Source of the DNA: Callorhinchus milii
Lineage: Eukaryota
NCBI RefSeq assembly: GCF_018977255.1
Contig: NW_024704742.1
Span: forward strand, 15,192,001-15,256,000
DNA length: 64,000 nucleotides
Direction: 5' to 3'
Shown here: one piece after another, positions 52,426 through 64,000 of the stretch
Layout: every line of letters begins with the position of its first letter
Position numbering within the stretch: position 1 is the first letter of the stretch
The notes under the pieces: model-generated
The model's database searches: none
What the model was told of the DNA's origin: nothing
The model's input: only the letters and a program-made list of their open reading frames with translations
Program-made: the position numbers and the translations under genes

Positions 52426-53040
52426 ACAACAACAGCAACAACAAGATTACATTTGGATAGCGCCTTTCACGTCAGGAGGACGTCCCAAGGCGCTGGACAG
52501 AGTACAGCATTTCAGACCCGAGCTGGGGTCGGGGGGGGGGGGGGGTAAGGGAGGGGAAGGGGGGTGACTGATGGCATGATTGAAGAGGATAGTCTTGAGG
52601 CGGGACTTGAAGGAGGCTAAGGAGGGGGCGAGGCGGAGTGACTTGAACTGGATCCTCTGAAGGATAAGGGGCCAATGGAGTCGGGCGAGTGGGGGAGATG
52701 GGGTCACGGAGTTTGGTGCGGGAGAGAACACGGGCTGCAGAGTTCTGGATTATCTGCAGCCTGTGGAGGGAGGAGTTGGGAAGGCCGACAAGCAGGGTGT
52801 TTGCATAGTTGAGCCTGAAGGTGATGAAGGCATGAACAAGAGTTTCAGCGGTCTGAGGGTGTGCTGGTGGCGGAGTCGGGTGATGTTACGGAGTTGAGGG
52901 AAGGCAGAGTGGGTCATGGCTTGAATGTGGGGGAGAAAAGACAGTTGAGGGTCGAACTTGGTTCCTGACTGGCTTGGTGAGTTGTAGTGTGCAACCATGG
53001 AGATTGATGTTGCCAGAGCCTGAGGTGCTGAGGCGCTGGC
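52426..53040 (-). mobile_element. L2 3' fragment with internal deletions
   Basis: (CAA)n tail at 52426-52445, same 3' stem-loop as the 28192 element, and FDPQLSFLPHI remnant. Confidence 0.88.
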
Positions 53041-53265
53041 AATTTATGACATGAATAAACTAAACAGCTGCTTCAATGCCATGTATTTGGTGTTTGTAGT
53101 ATTTCAAAGGGAACCAGAAATTCAGTGTTACAAAAACTTTTCTGTAGATAAAGTAGCTGGTATAATACATTCATGCAGTTTTTTAGTTTCAAAAACAGTC
53201 TGCGTTTTCTATTCTTCAGCCACCGTCCATCTCTCTCCTCACTTAAAAGGATGAGCAGTTCTTAC

Positions 53266-53351
53266 CCTTGTGTGTGTTCGAATGTGCATCTTTAATCCAT
53301 CATTCTTGCTGAAGGCTTTGTCACAGTAGGGACACTGGTAGGGGCGCTCAC
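53266..53351 (-). CDS. PRDM5: PRDM5 internal coding exon (third from last), one C2H2 zinc finger
   Basis: Minus strand reads tttgcag|GT GAG CGC CCC TAC CAG TGT ... CAC ACA AGG|gtaag = (G)[28 protein letters not shown]. It is 86 bp with canonical splice sites, ends in phase 0 matching the next exon, and matches my recollection of vertebrate PRDM5. Missed by the ORF track. Confidence 0.95.
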
Positions 53352-55609
53352 CTGCAAACCACAGAGATAACCATCAGAGAAGCAAAGAAAAGCAAAGAGA
53401 CGGGAATTGTTGCTGCCTCGGCACATCAAGGCAGCACAGCATGGAAAGAGAAAGACTTTCTTCTATAGTCTTAACATTTTTTGATCAAACAAGTAGGTCA
53501 AAGGACTGGGTAAACTGTGCGTAAAGAAAGGTTCCCCTTGAACATTTGTAAGTCTGGATCAAAGTTCCATTCTGAATAGTTTGATCTGTGCTAACAAGGT
53601 ACAGCTCTATAACTCTGCCATTTCAGATGGACATTAGAGAACCCTTGACACTATTAGAACAAGAGAAGGGAAATTCTCCCAATGACAGGATTAATTGGTT
53701 AGTCCGTTGATGGCTGTTTATAGGAGCTTGCTGGCTGTCGCGTTTTTCTTCAAAACAACTTGTTACTACACTTGATAGCAATTGTAAAATGTTTTGAGGC
53801 ATTTCAAGATGATAGGACTATAAAAATGCAGGTTTCTGTCTTTCAAACTTAAATTTATGTGTTTAAAATAGAATCAACATACCAGTCACTCAATACATGA
53901 GCAAAAGCATCCCTTCCCTTGTGCGTTTGATAGTGCTTGCCAAAACTCCTTTCTCTTTGTATTAACCAAGTTAGACTGCAGGCAGTATTTTAGATATTAT
54001 CAGTTAAAATGAAAGTCCCATTCTAATACGTTCCAAATCAAGGGTTAGAAGCAATAAACATGAGAATAGGGCAAATATCAAAAGTACACAAGATATCCCA
54101 CAAAGCAGGAAATTAATCCTGTGTGCCAGAAGACAAATCTTTTCCAAGGTAAGTTGCGTGCCATCAGTTCCACTTCAGTGAATATTTCGATGAAAGTGAA
54201 GAGACACTGGAAATAAAAAAAACTGTTCTCTTCGTATTTGTTGCATCAACTCCTGCTAAAATGTTCGAATGTGCACTTTTTAGCTGTTTGATCTTGTCCT
54301 GAGCACTGCCAACATGTTCCCTGGATCTCAAAACTGTTGGAATTCCTCTGGCTTCACTTACCCATTTCTATAGCTTTTGTATTCCCTACTCACTATCTTG
54401 TGAATTTATGAATCTTGAAAAACTTTAACTCTTAGAGCATCAACGTAAATCCATGTAGATGTTTGGATTTACTTCATGTAGATCCAAACATATACATGAG
54501 GTAATAACTTTATTTTAAAGTATTGATACTTTAAAATAAAGATCTTTTATCTTTGTATCCTTTAATCATCTACGTGTGTATCGAAGGGGTGGGGGTAGTT
54601 GGCATGTTCAAGCATTGAACCACTGTGCCATGTAACATTACGGTAGGAGTTCACGATCGTGATTCCCACATGGGGTACTCCTGATGCTTGATATGCCGCT
54701 TTCAGTGTTGCATTCCCATCGAGACTCAGGTTGGGTCACCCTGGCTGTTATACATCTGGTTGCTAAAGTGGATTAGTTGGGCCCTAGGAGCAGGTCATTT
54801 GCCTGTCCTCTGGAACATAGGCAGTTCATAGAAAGGATGAAACTGAAAAGAAAATACAAGGAAACCAACAGTTTTTATACGATATCCACATTAAAAAGTT
54901 ACACCAAAGGTTAAAATGTAAGTGTTATGCCTGCCTCCAGGAATGTTACTGATATATAACAGCTTGATGTGAAACACTTTCCTGGTTCCATCTCTAGGCT
55001 TCTCTCCCTCCCCAAAACATTGCTTTCGTGAACATAAAAAGTCAGGTAACTGAAATGATGGCAAACAACAGAACATTTTCACCATCCATCTTCACACACA
55101 TTTTGTCTATGTGCGCTGCACCGAGATAACCTATCTCACCAAATTCCATTTGTGCATGTACAATAAAACAAGATGAACTGACTTCAAAGCAGCGTACAAT
55201 ATAAGAGGCATGCCTGAAAGTCATCTGTCAAAAAATGTTTTGTTCCCTCACTTTGATCATGAAGCCAAGTTGCATTTTTGTAAAAGAAAGATTGTACAGT
55301 GGACTGGGAGCGATAGGAAAGTAAGAAAAACACAAAAGGATTGATAAAGAGACAAAGACAGAAAGAGATAAAGAGGGACGCAAACACACATGCAGAATAA
55401 CTCAAAGTAAAACGGAATTAAAGGTCTGGTGTTGGCCTAATGGGCTATGTGAGGTATTTGGATAACCTCCAGCAGTGGCTGAAATAGCCCAGCTGTTTCT
55501 AATAGCACTTGGAAGGATTGGAGAAAGGAAATACATCCCTATCAGAAGAGGAGAAAAATACCACAACTAAGTCTCCAGTGGCTGCTTAAGGATGTCAGAA
55601 ACAACCCAG

Positions 55610-56020
55610 CGCCTCCCTTGGTGGCTCAACGAGGTTATTCTGGAGTAATACAGACTGGGATAGTCTCAGGTTTAATACCTGGTCTGTGCTGAGCTTTCGG
55701 ATCTCCGATTGCAGCAGGGGGAGAGGGCACAAGGGAGTCTAAAACCAGCCTCAGGATCTTGGGTTAGAGAAGGAAAAATCAGCCAGTAATCCTTGTTGAA
55801 AGTGCAGTTATCTGGAAGTTGTATGAAACTCAAGTCAGGCCCAATTGCTTATTGCGGTCAAATATCCCACAACACTCATAGACAAGGCTCACATATAAAT
55901 AACAGGAACTTGGGCAAATTGCTAGTAGGTGCATACCACTCTTGTATCTCCTACCACAGTAGGAATCATGCGTCAGTTAGAAGGGGAAGTCAAACACCTT
56001 CAGGAAGGGAGAGAAAAAAC
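55610..56020 (+). mobile_element. AmnSINE2-like ancient SINE (family C)
   Basis: CCCTTGGTGGCTCA head, CAGGTTTAATACCTGGTCTGTGCTGAG, GCCTCAG...GGAAAAATCAGCCAG and GGTCAAATA...ACACTCA...AGGCTCACA...CTTGGGC...CCTTCAGGA blocks occur in the order I recall for AmnSINE2. Confidence 0.7.
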
Positions 56021-56383
56021 AGATCCAATAATTGTTTTAAAGAATAAGATTAAAAAACTAGCAAGGATTCAGAATCACATAAAAAGTATTTGAGGATAAC
56101 TAAAGAAACCTGGAAGCAACGCAGTGGTACAAAAAATACTACATATAAACTACAACCAAACAATTTGTCAGTTTGTACCACTTGCCTTAGAGTCAGAAGG
56201 TCCCCTTGCCAGATTTACATGCAGGTAATGTTTTATTTGTTGAAACCATAGTGTCTCACTTCACAAGTGGCTCAATTCACACTGCTCCTTTGTTCCTCGC
56301 CAAAACTAACACTTAACAGAAGGTCTCAGAGAGTAACAGGTGTTGGCTACCCAAACCTTAAACAGCTGAAGCTACATTAAGAG

Positions 56384-56673
56384 ATAATAATTTTGCATTT
56401 GATATAGCGTTTTTCACATCTTCTGGATGTCTCAAAGCACTTCACAGAATATACTGTAAAGTGAATTGACTGTATATTTGTGGGCGAAACGCAGCAGCTA
56501 ATTGCTCACAGCAGTGTCCCACAAACAGTCGTGGATTGAGTGACCAAATTATTATTGTTTTTTTTCTTGAGGGATTATTGTCAGGCATGTGGAGCAAGTA
56601 AACTTGCCCAAGGTTTTGCCCTACCGGGAAGCAAACCCAGGTCCCTTTTGCGAGGCGAGTGCTCTAACCACTG
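56384..56673 (-). mobile_element. Family A SINE, nearly full length
   Basis: Reverse complement of the 22561-type copy. Confidence 0.88.
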
Positions 56674-58489
56674 TGTGTAGTTGTTCAAGAGGATGAAGAT
56701 GGAAGCTGTAGGGATTCTGGATATTGGAGAGGAATACTCCAAGAGGAAAGTAGGGATTGTATAATACTGTACTTGAATGTATCTCTACAGCAACAATTTA
56801 CATTTGTATAGCACCCTTCATGTCAAGTGGAAGTCTCAAAGGACTTCACACAGCTGATTGGGAGTCTGAGCTGTGGGAATGGGATAGAAATAAATGGGAT
56901 AACAGCCAAAGAGGGAGCGAAAAATTAAATTACCAAAAGTGCAGTCAAAAAGATAGGTGTTAAGGTAGGTTAAGGTAGGTTTTCAATTCCCACTTTCCTC
57001 TTAATATAACAATCCTCAAAACAAAACTGATTATTCGCTTCAGGGCTGCTTGTGGGACATTGCTGTGTGCAAACCAGCTGCCTCTTTCACCTATAAATAT
57101 ACATTCATTGCATTTTACAGTAAATCCTGCGAAGCACAGCAGAATGATTTTGGACACTTTGTTTAAACCATCCACAAGGTGGATTTAGCTTGAATTAGAA
57201 CCAATTCAGCACACAGAAATCAGCCAAGATTTCTTCTATTTTACATGTCAGGATTCAGTTTAGGTATAATCTGAATTCCAATGTTATGTCAAATACAGTA
57301 GTGCATTAAGCATAGAGCCTGCAACCCAAGCATTCTTGTTACCTTGTTCTTAGCACAGCACTGTACTGGTTTCACCTGAATACCCTTTGGGTGGTATTAG
57401 TTTACACTTAGGTTAACACTTAATACATTATATATATTGAAAAATGCTGCCATTCATGGAACATTAGCAAAGACTCATTACCTAGTGAAGTTTTACGGTC
57501 CCTTGCTTTTGAATTTCAGGCAAATATTCATCAATGAGCAATAACCAAAGATCACAGTGGACTTTTCTTGACTTAGTACATGAGCCGTCAGTAAGTGAAT
57601 TGCTTCAGAAAGACTGAAAATGGATCTTCATAAAGAACAGACCCTGCAGCTACAGCCAGCTGCCACCTTACAAGTCATAAGAAATAACTATTGTTTTAAT
57701 AGAAAGCAGCAGGAATTATACTTGAGTAATGGCGCATGTTGACAAAAATAACGTGAGGGCTTTGTACTGCGAGATCCAGGTACATAAAAATCTGATAAGC
57801 GCAAAGCCAGATGGATGTTATTATTACTGGGTTAAAGCTATTCTGCTTGCTCTACAATGCAATGCTCAGTGTTTCACTGCTGCCACATGGCTGTTGCTCT
57901 TTGTTCAGTTCCAGTGCTTAACTTTTCAAAAATCACCATAACATTGTACGCTAGGACATTCCTCTTCCCACATCACTCACAAAATGGACCTAGTCAAAAT
58001 CTCTCGCCTCAGCATTCAGCTAATAGGAGTGATGGCAGGAGGTGTGGCTCAGCAACAGAACTGATTCACAGTCCAGTGCCTCAAAATAACCTGTCCTTTT
58101 TTGTATATTATTCCCCAGACTTGGTCCAGGCTAACACTCCAGTTCAGTTCTGGGGAAGCGCTGAATTGCCAGAGTTGCTGGGCTTCGAATGAGGTTTTAA
58201 ACTGAGAAGATATCTGTCTGTCTGATGGCATAGGCATTAAAAATCCCATGGCATGAAACAGTTGTTGTTATCTGTTATACTATTTAGCAATGTTTTCTTC
58301 TCATAACTTTTCCTATCTAAGATTCATCAGAGATCTGTGTTACCAGTAACCATAGCCATTGAAGCTCCAGAACAGAAAGCAGACAAGACGTACAACAGGG
58401 GGTCATCTGATAGTAATAGAGGACTTTCCTGAGTTAACTCCAAGTTGTGCAGGTATTAGATTGGCTAAGCTGGTCCCATTCTTGTTAGA

Positions 58490-58800
58490 AAATGATGGGA
58501 GTTTGATAAGGCGGACATAAATAGGTTGTTTCCACTTGTTAGCATGTTCTTAACAAGGCGGCATAAATAGAAGATAATCCCTAGCAAACCTAAAAGAGAG
58601 TTTAGAAGGAATTCTTTATACAGAGGGTAAGAAAGTGGGACTCACTGGCAGATGACGTAAAGCAGAAAGCATCATTGCATTTAAGAGGAAACTCAAAGCA
58701 TGCATAAGAGAACATCTGGAGTGGGGCGAGGTATGGCAGTGAGTGGGAATTAGGAGGGGTGATGGCTCATGCAGAGTTCAAACACTGACAATGGCCTAAT
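58490..58800 (+). mobile_element. CR1 3' fragment, old
   Basis: FDKADINRLFPLV...TRRHK...FRRN remnant. Confidence 0.6.
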
Positions 58801-58839
58801 TGGATTGATTATCTAGATTGGCCATTTACCTCATGAATG

Positions 58840-59240
58840 GTTTGTTCAGCTGATAGCACCCTTGCACCAGAGTCAGAAGGTTTTAGGTTCAAGGTTCACT
58901 TCTGGACTATAAATTCATATAGTCTGGCCTTACACTCAAGCACAATGCAAGAGATGCATTGATTTATTGGAAGTGCCGTCCTTTGGATGAGATGATTTGA
59001 ACATTTGCTTGTTCAAATGGTAGTTAAAGATCCCAGAGCACAATTTGAAAATAGAAAGTAGTTTCTCCTGGTGTCCTGGCCAATAATCTCAAATAAAATT
59101 GATCACTCACTGAATTGCTGTATGTGGAATTGTGCTGTGGTTGCCTACGAAATACACAGTCACTAAACTAGATAGTAAGCCCTGTGAAATGCTTAAAGAC
59201 AGACTCCCAAAGTGAAAGGCCCTTTATCAAATACAATGAT
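58840..59240 (+). mobile_element. Family B Deu-type SINE; tail interrupted by a family X element
   Basis: Head, GGTGTCCTGGCCAA core; tail resumes at 59838. Confidence 0.78.
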
Positions 59241-59837
59241 TTTTTATTTATTTTTTGTCACTCTGGTGTCTGACACATAGGGAAACCCATCAGCAGGCTT
59301 AAGAGTATCCAAACCAAGCTGAGATTTCCATATATCCCACCTAAACATGAAAATCCCAGAGATAGATTGTTGGAATGGAACATGCATTCTCTTCCTGGAG
59401 AGACACGTTCTGCTTACTTAACTATTAGGCACGGGGTTGGCAAGAGCCAAGGCGCAGGGACCCCAGAGTGCGTGTTGCAGTACTGCTGGAGACTAACCAG
59501 CTAAAACTGCAAAGCTTGCCATTGGTATTTCTGTGCAGCAAGCTTTCTCGCTGCTTATCCATCTAGGACCATCTTACCTGTTGGGACTTTGGCTTGCAAG
59601 GTTAACAGGAGCCAAGTGGGATGCCCCCAGTGGCTGGTCTACCCTTCCAGGTCAGGCTGATGGGCCAGGTTGGCTGTGCAGTCATCAGCAGTGTCATGGA
59701 ATACCGTTGACCCAGCTGGCTCAGGAACTGGACTACCCTAACTACCATAGAGGGCTAGCTTGATTCTGGCACTCCGTTACCAGGTATGTCATCTTGGAGT
59801 CAATTCATCTCCAAGGAGACCTCACTTACCTTCCCTC
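59241..59837 (-). mobile_element. Family X copy 4
   Basis: Reverse copy with T-tract at 59241-59256; TSD CAAATACAATGAT (59228-59240) / CAAATGCAAGGAT (59838-59850). Confidence 0.82.
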
Positions 59838-60939
59838 CAAATGCAAGGATAATTATCATTATAATTTATTCATTTCAATATCACAGTAGCTTCCATGGTG
59901 CTTCAGTTAACTACTCAGGGTAAAATCTGGAAACTTTTTTGCTTTGGCCACATTTAACTCAAATAATATACCATTACATTTGATCGTTTCATGTTTTTCA
60001 AGACTGAGCAGTCACCGACTAGCCAATGAGAGACTGCATCTTCTCAAACATACAGGTTTTCCTTTGAGAATTTTACGCACCACAAATCACTAATAATTGC
60101 ACCCAGAAGCCTGCTGCTACTAAGAGTTACAAGTGGTAGCACGAGATTCCAGGACTGGGAGTGCTAGATTCAATTTGCACCAAATGAACAGATCTCACAT
60201 CTGCTGAAACTTAACACTGCCTTCTCCTGTGACCTCCAGAGTCCCTAATCACTGCAGCCACCCTGCAGACACCAGGGAACCTGCTGGTGCCACAGCTGCT
60301 AATGGGGCCATACGACACTTTTATGTTCAGTTTCAGTTTCTTTTAAGCAGAGTTTCTTTCAGGTTTGACCAGAGGATGAGTGATGACAGCTGAGAATCAC
60401 ACTCGTCTCCATGGTTGAGATTTCACCAACAGCAATGAGAAATTAATCGCTGCGTGAAAAAGCCTGTCAGTTTTGAGGACAGGCTGAGAGAGAAGGATGC
60501 TGAAGTGTGGACTAAAACTTTAGCCAAAATTGACACTGCTAAACCTAAGATTCAGGCATATGTGCAACAGAAGTTACCACTGCAGCATGAAGTGGGTTAA
60601 TACCAGGCGCTTTTCAATGGGAGAAGAACACCTCAAATGATTCCATCTATGAGATCTTCCCACCTATGCCGTCCCCAGAAACTCATCAAAGCTACGGAGT
60701 ATTTTGTACCACAAGATGCAAATTCAGACATTTGTGGTTTGCATCGAGATTTTTCTGTAAAGTGAGCTGCCCCAGTGTGAAGAAGCTTTCAGTGGTGCTC
60801 AATGTTACAGGAATGCCAGGGTTGGGGAAGAAGAGGTTTCATACCAGTGATACACTGTTCGGATCTATACTTTCACTCGAACAGAAATTAGCTCACCAGC
60901 AAACTCACTGGAATTTGCACTAGTCAGTGAATCAGTAAC

Positions 60940-61215
60940 TTGAAGGGCTTAGATTTATCGGTAATCACTAAAAGCACAAAGGGAGAGGTTAAGAGACATA
61001 TTTCTATTTACACAGGAGGACGCTGGGATGTTGAATGTTTTGACTCAATATCCATATCAGCTTTCAAGAGGGAATTAGATTAATATCTGAAAAGGAGAAA
61101 TGTAAGAGTGTGGGGAAAAGGCATAAGAAGGGGAATAAACTGACGTCTCTTTTAGAGAGCCAGCAGAGATACGATGGGCCAAATAGCCACCTTCTGCGCT
61201 GTAAATTTCTATGGT
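60940..61215 (+). mobile_element. CR1 3' end fragment
   Basis: FKRELD.YL remnant; GATGGGCCAAATAGCCACCTTCTGCGCTGTAAATTTCTATG 3' end. Confidence 0.72.
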
Positions 61216-62809
61216 TTACTGTAAAACCTTTGGAACATTTGTCAGCCGAGACTTGATTTTGGAGTCTCAGGACAAAAGTGGATCCAATACCTTCAGAGTC
61301 TCCAGAACTCCGGAAATCTGTTACAGCAAATTATGTTCCTCATAAGTGATTTCATCTTGTTGCTGTCTTATAAGTATTAGGATGAAGTCCAGGCATACAT
61401 GTCTCTGTGGGCCGACTTTAGATTTTTTTTTGTATGATCGCTTCTGCACAACTGATGGGAGCAGAGGCCAGGAAGTGTTCCAGAAAATGAGGTGACTGGT
61501 CCTGGCTTTCCTCACAATATTAATCTCTCGAAAATCACTCTGAAACGCTTTGATGACGTGATAAAACGCTATACCAAATGCAAGGATTATAAGGGATTGT
61601 TTTTATTTTTATTGTGCCAGAACTAGAATTGCACTACACAGTAGGCAAGTAGGCATGTTATTGGAAAATCCAAATGATTACTTTTTGATTTTGAGGTACA
61701 AAAACATTCATCTATGTAACTAATGTGATTGCAATCTATTCAGTGTGCACACAGAGCACTGCAGACAAGGGTCTGCTCTGCGATTTCTCATTACTTCCAA
61801 AATTCCACTGTCAGTGATTTACAAATTATTATTTCTGCGGACGTTACATGGCAGTAAACCTGTCCTACATGAAAGCTGAAAAAGATGTGAAGTCCTTCAG
61901 GGTTAAACATATTACTGTAGTCTCATCAAAGGGGTGTGGGGGTGGGACAGCTTCTTTTATGAAGAGATAAGAAACATCAGATTAAAACAAAATCAAACAC
62001 ATGCATTCCTCATAGGAAAGTATAATCCTAGCATGCAAAAATAAGTTGTCTTAACCTACTAAACTACGGCAAATGAGAATTGATGGTTTAATTCATTTCT
62101 GTTGGAACAAACGCATTTGATAATCCCACACGTTTGGTCATTTCTTGGTCTTCTTAATGTAATTGAATTATGGCAGGAAATGGCACAGACAAATTTAGGC
62201 TTAACTACTGCAGAATGGGATAAAGTTCAGATACAGCTATGGGGACAAACACCACCTCAATGTGCAGCTGCACTTCTGACAATGGGTGTGTTGTGTTTAA
62301 ATGAAGAGCATGGACGTTCATATACTTCTTGATCACTATTTCAGCACTTGAGAGAACTTCTGTTAAAAGCACCATTTGAGAGAAGTTCAAAGATGCACCG
62401 TAGCACACTACCTGTAAACATCCATCTCCACTGCAAAACCCAACGTTGATTCCCTCTCCTCCCCACCCCAGCATACAGAAGATTGCATCCATAAATCTCT
62501 GGGAATTATTAAGAAAGCCTTGATCAGAGAGACAGTGTACTCAAGGTGAGATATCCCAGTGGACCTTCAAACTCAGTCCAGGCTTTGATGACCCTGAATT
62601 TAAGGTCACTAATACAGTAGATCAAGATTTGACTCTAGTGATTGGCTCTGAGGTATTCCTTTCCCCGTCCAGACCATTCCCCGTCTATAAAATCTGCTTG
62701 TGACAGGCTGTAATAGAGATCATCAGGAAAGCATTTGAACTCATTGGCACCGGAAACTTTTCTAAAGATTTTAAATTCAACAGACACTCCCTTTCTCCTA
62801 CCTTCTGGT

Positions 62810-63130
62810 CACCCCTGCTGAGTTGATAGTATTCTCACCTGAGTCATAAGATTGTGAGGTCTATCTGTCTGTGCATGTGGACATTAAAGATCCCATGGTA
62901 CTATTCAAGAAGCAAAGGGAGTTTCTCACGGTGTCTTGGCCAACAGCCTACCATATACAATTGAATATTCACTTCATGGCTATTTGTGGGGCATTGCTCC
63001 GTGCAAATTGGCTTCCACGTTTGCCTTCAAAATGCACGGTCACTACACTTTACAGAATGTGCTGTGAATTGTTTTGAGATGTCATCCTGATGTGAAAAGC
63101 ACCATATAAATGTAAGGATTATAATTATAT
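62810..63130 (+). mobile_element. Family B Deu-type SINE with internal deletion
   Basis: AAAGATCCCATGGTACTATT core and tail. Confidence 0.75.
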
Positions 63131-63769
63131 AATTAATGCCTCTGGATGTCACACGAAGAACATATTATAAAGAGGTACTAATGAAGGGAATCCGAAGACA
63201 ATTTGAGATAGCAGGAATCAATATCTTCCAGAGAGCCTTATAAACAGTCTCCAGTAATAAAGGATGGAAAAGATGGAAAATACAAAATATGGTCAGATAA
63301 TTATTGCCAGCATTTAAAGGTGTTCACAGCAGCTTTACTTTTACAGTACCTTTCATGCAGAAAATGTCTCAAACCACTTCACAAAGATGGAGTGGAGGTG
63401 CAGGGTGGGAGATGGACCAGGTTGGGGCATTAGGAGGGAAATGACTGAAGGTGCAGTCAAAGTTCTAGGCTTGTAGAAGGGTTAAAAAAAGCAGCGAGAA
63501 AGGATGCAAGGTGGAGTGATCTAGGGAGAGAGATCGAGAGAGCAGGAGCAAGGTGGCTGAAGGCTTCCTGGGTAGGGAAACCGGGAACTGGTCCGTGGTA
63601 AACTAGTGACTGGGAAATGCCCCTGACTCCTGATTTTGGCACAGTTTTAGGCCTGAAACCCCATAAGATCATCCTGACCATTGCTATCTTTGTCTACACT
63701 GATCACGGATCAGTTGATACAATATTGCTGGATTCCTCACTGTAGGTAAAAAAAGGTTTTAGAAAAAAA

Positions 63770-64000
63770 CGAACATAAGAATTGGTAACCAAAAGAAGAC
63801 CAAGGTCCATCCAGTTCGCCTTCCACCACCCTGTAGTCGCATGCACATGTCACATGTCATGTCCCAAACTACATACTGTATTCTGAGATATTATTTCCTA
63901 ACAGAAATCTATCTAATTTGTCTTGAAAAAAATCACTTTCTGCTTCCACTATCTCCCTAGGGAGCCTGTTCCTTACATTTACTACTCGCACACTGAAATA
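63770..64000 (-). mobile_element. CR1 3' end
   Basis: gaacataagaa tail followed by a reverse-oriented CR1-type 3' UTR and LDRFL remnant. Confidence 0.6.

Noticed and set aside
53352..64000. Next upstream PRDM5 exon
   Set aside because: I found no minus-strand C2H2-coding segment with splice sites; it probably lies beyond the window, though a manual scan could miss it.

Overview
Repeat-rich vertebrate genomic DNA. The CR1/L2 LINE and Deu-/AmnSINE2-type SINE content points to a cartilaginous fish, possibly a chimaera; this is inferred from recalled repeat families, not from a search. The only host gene I can support is the 3' end of PRDM5 on the minus strand: three GT-AG coding exons (53266-53351, 38245-38349, 34047-34211) encoding the last four C2H2 fingers, then a ~1.7 kb 3' UTR with a likely AATAAA at 32387-32392. 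Positions 1-32,300 appear intergenic. Directly downstream of the gene is a 6.7 kb retrotransposon nest: a CR1 interrupted by a second CR1 and by an apparently full-length single-ORF L2 with a CpG-rich, promoter-like 5' UTR. The rest is L2/CR1 fragments, at least three SINE families, a hAT MITE and unclassified repeats. I found no clearly new protein-coding system. The best leads are an unclassified >=650 nt poly(A) retroposon with a terminal hairpin and 11-13 bp TSDs, a modular tRNA/Meta-like/Deu/L2 SINE, several locally templated insertions, a twice-present homeobox-motif-rich 400 bp element, and a CpG/ETS/E2F/CRE motif cluster in a PRDM5 intron. Most short ORFs in the supplied track are by-products of repeats.
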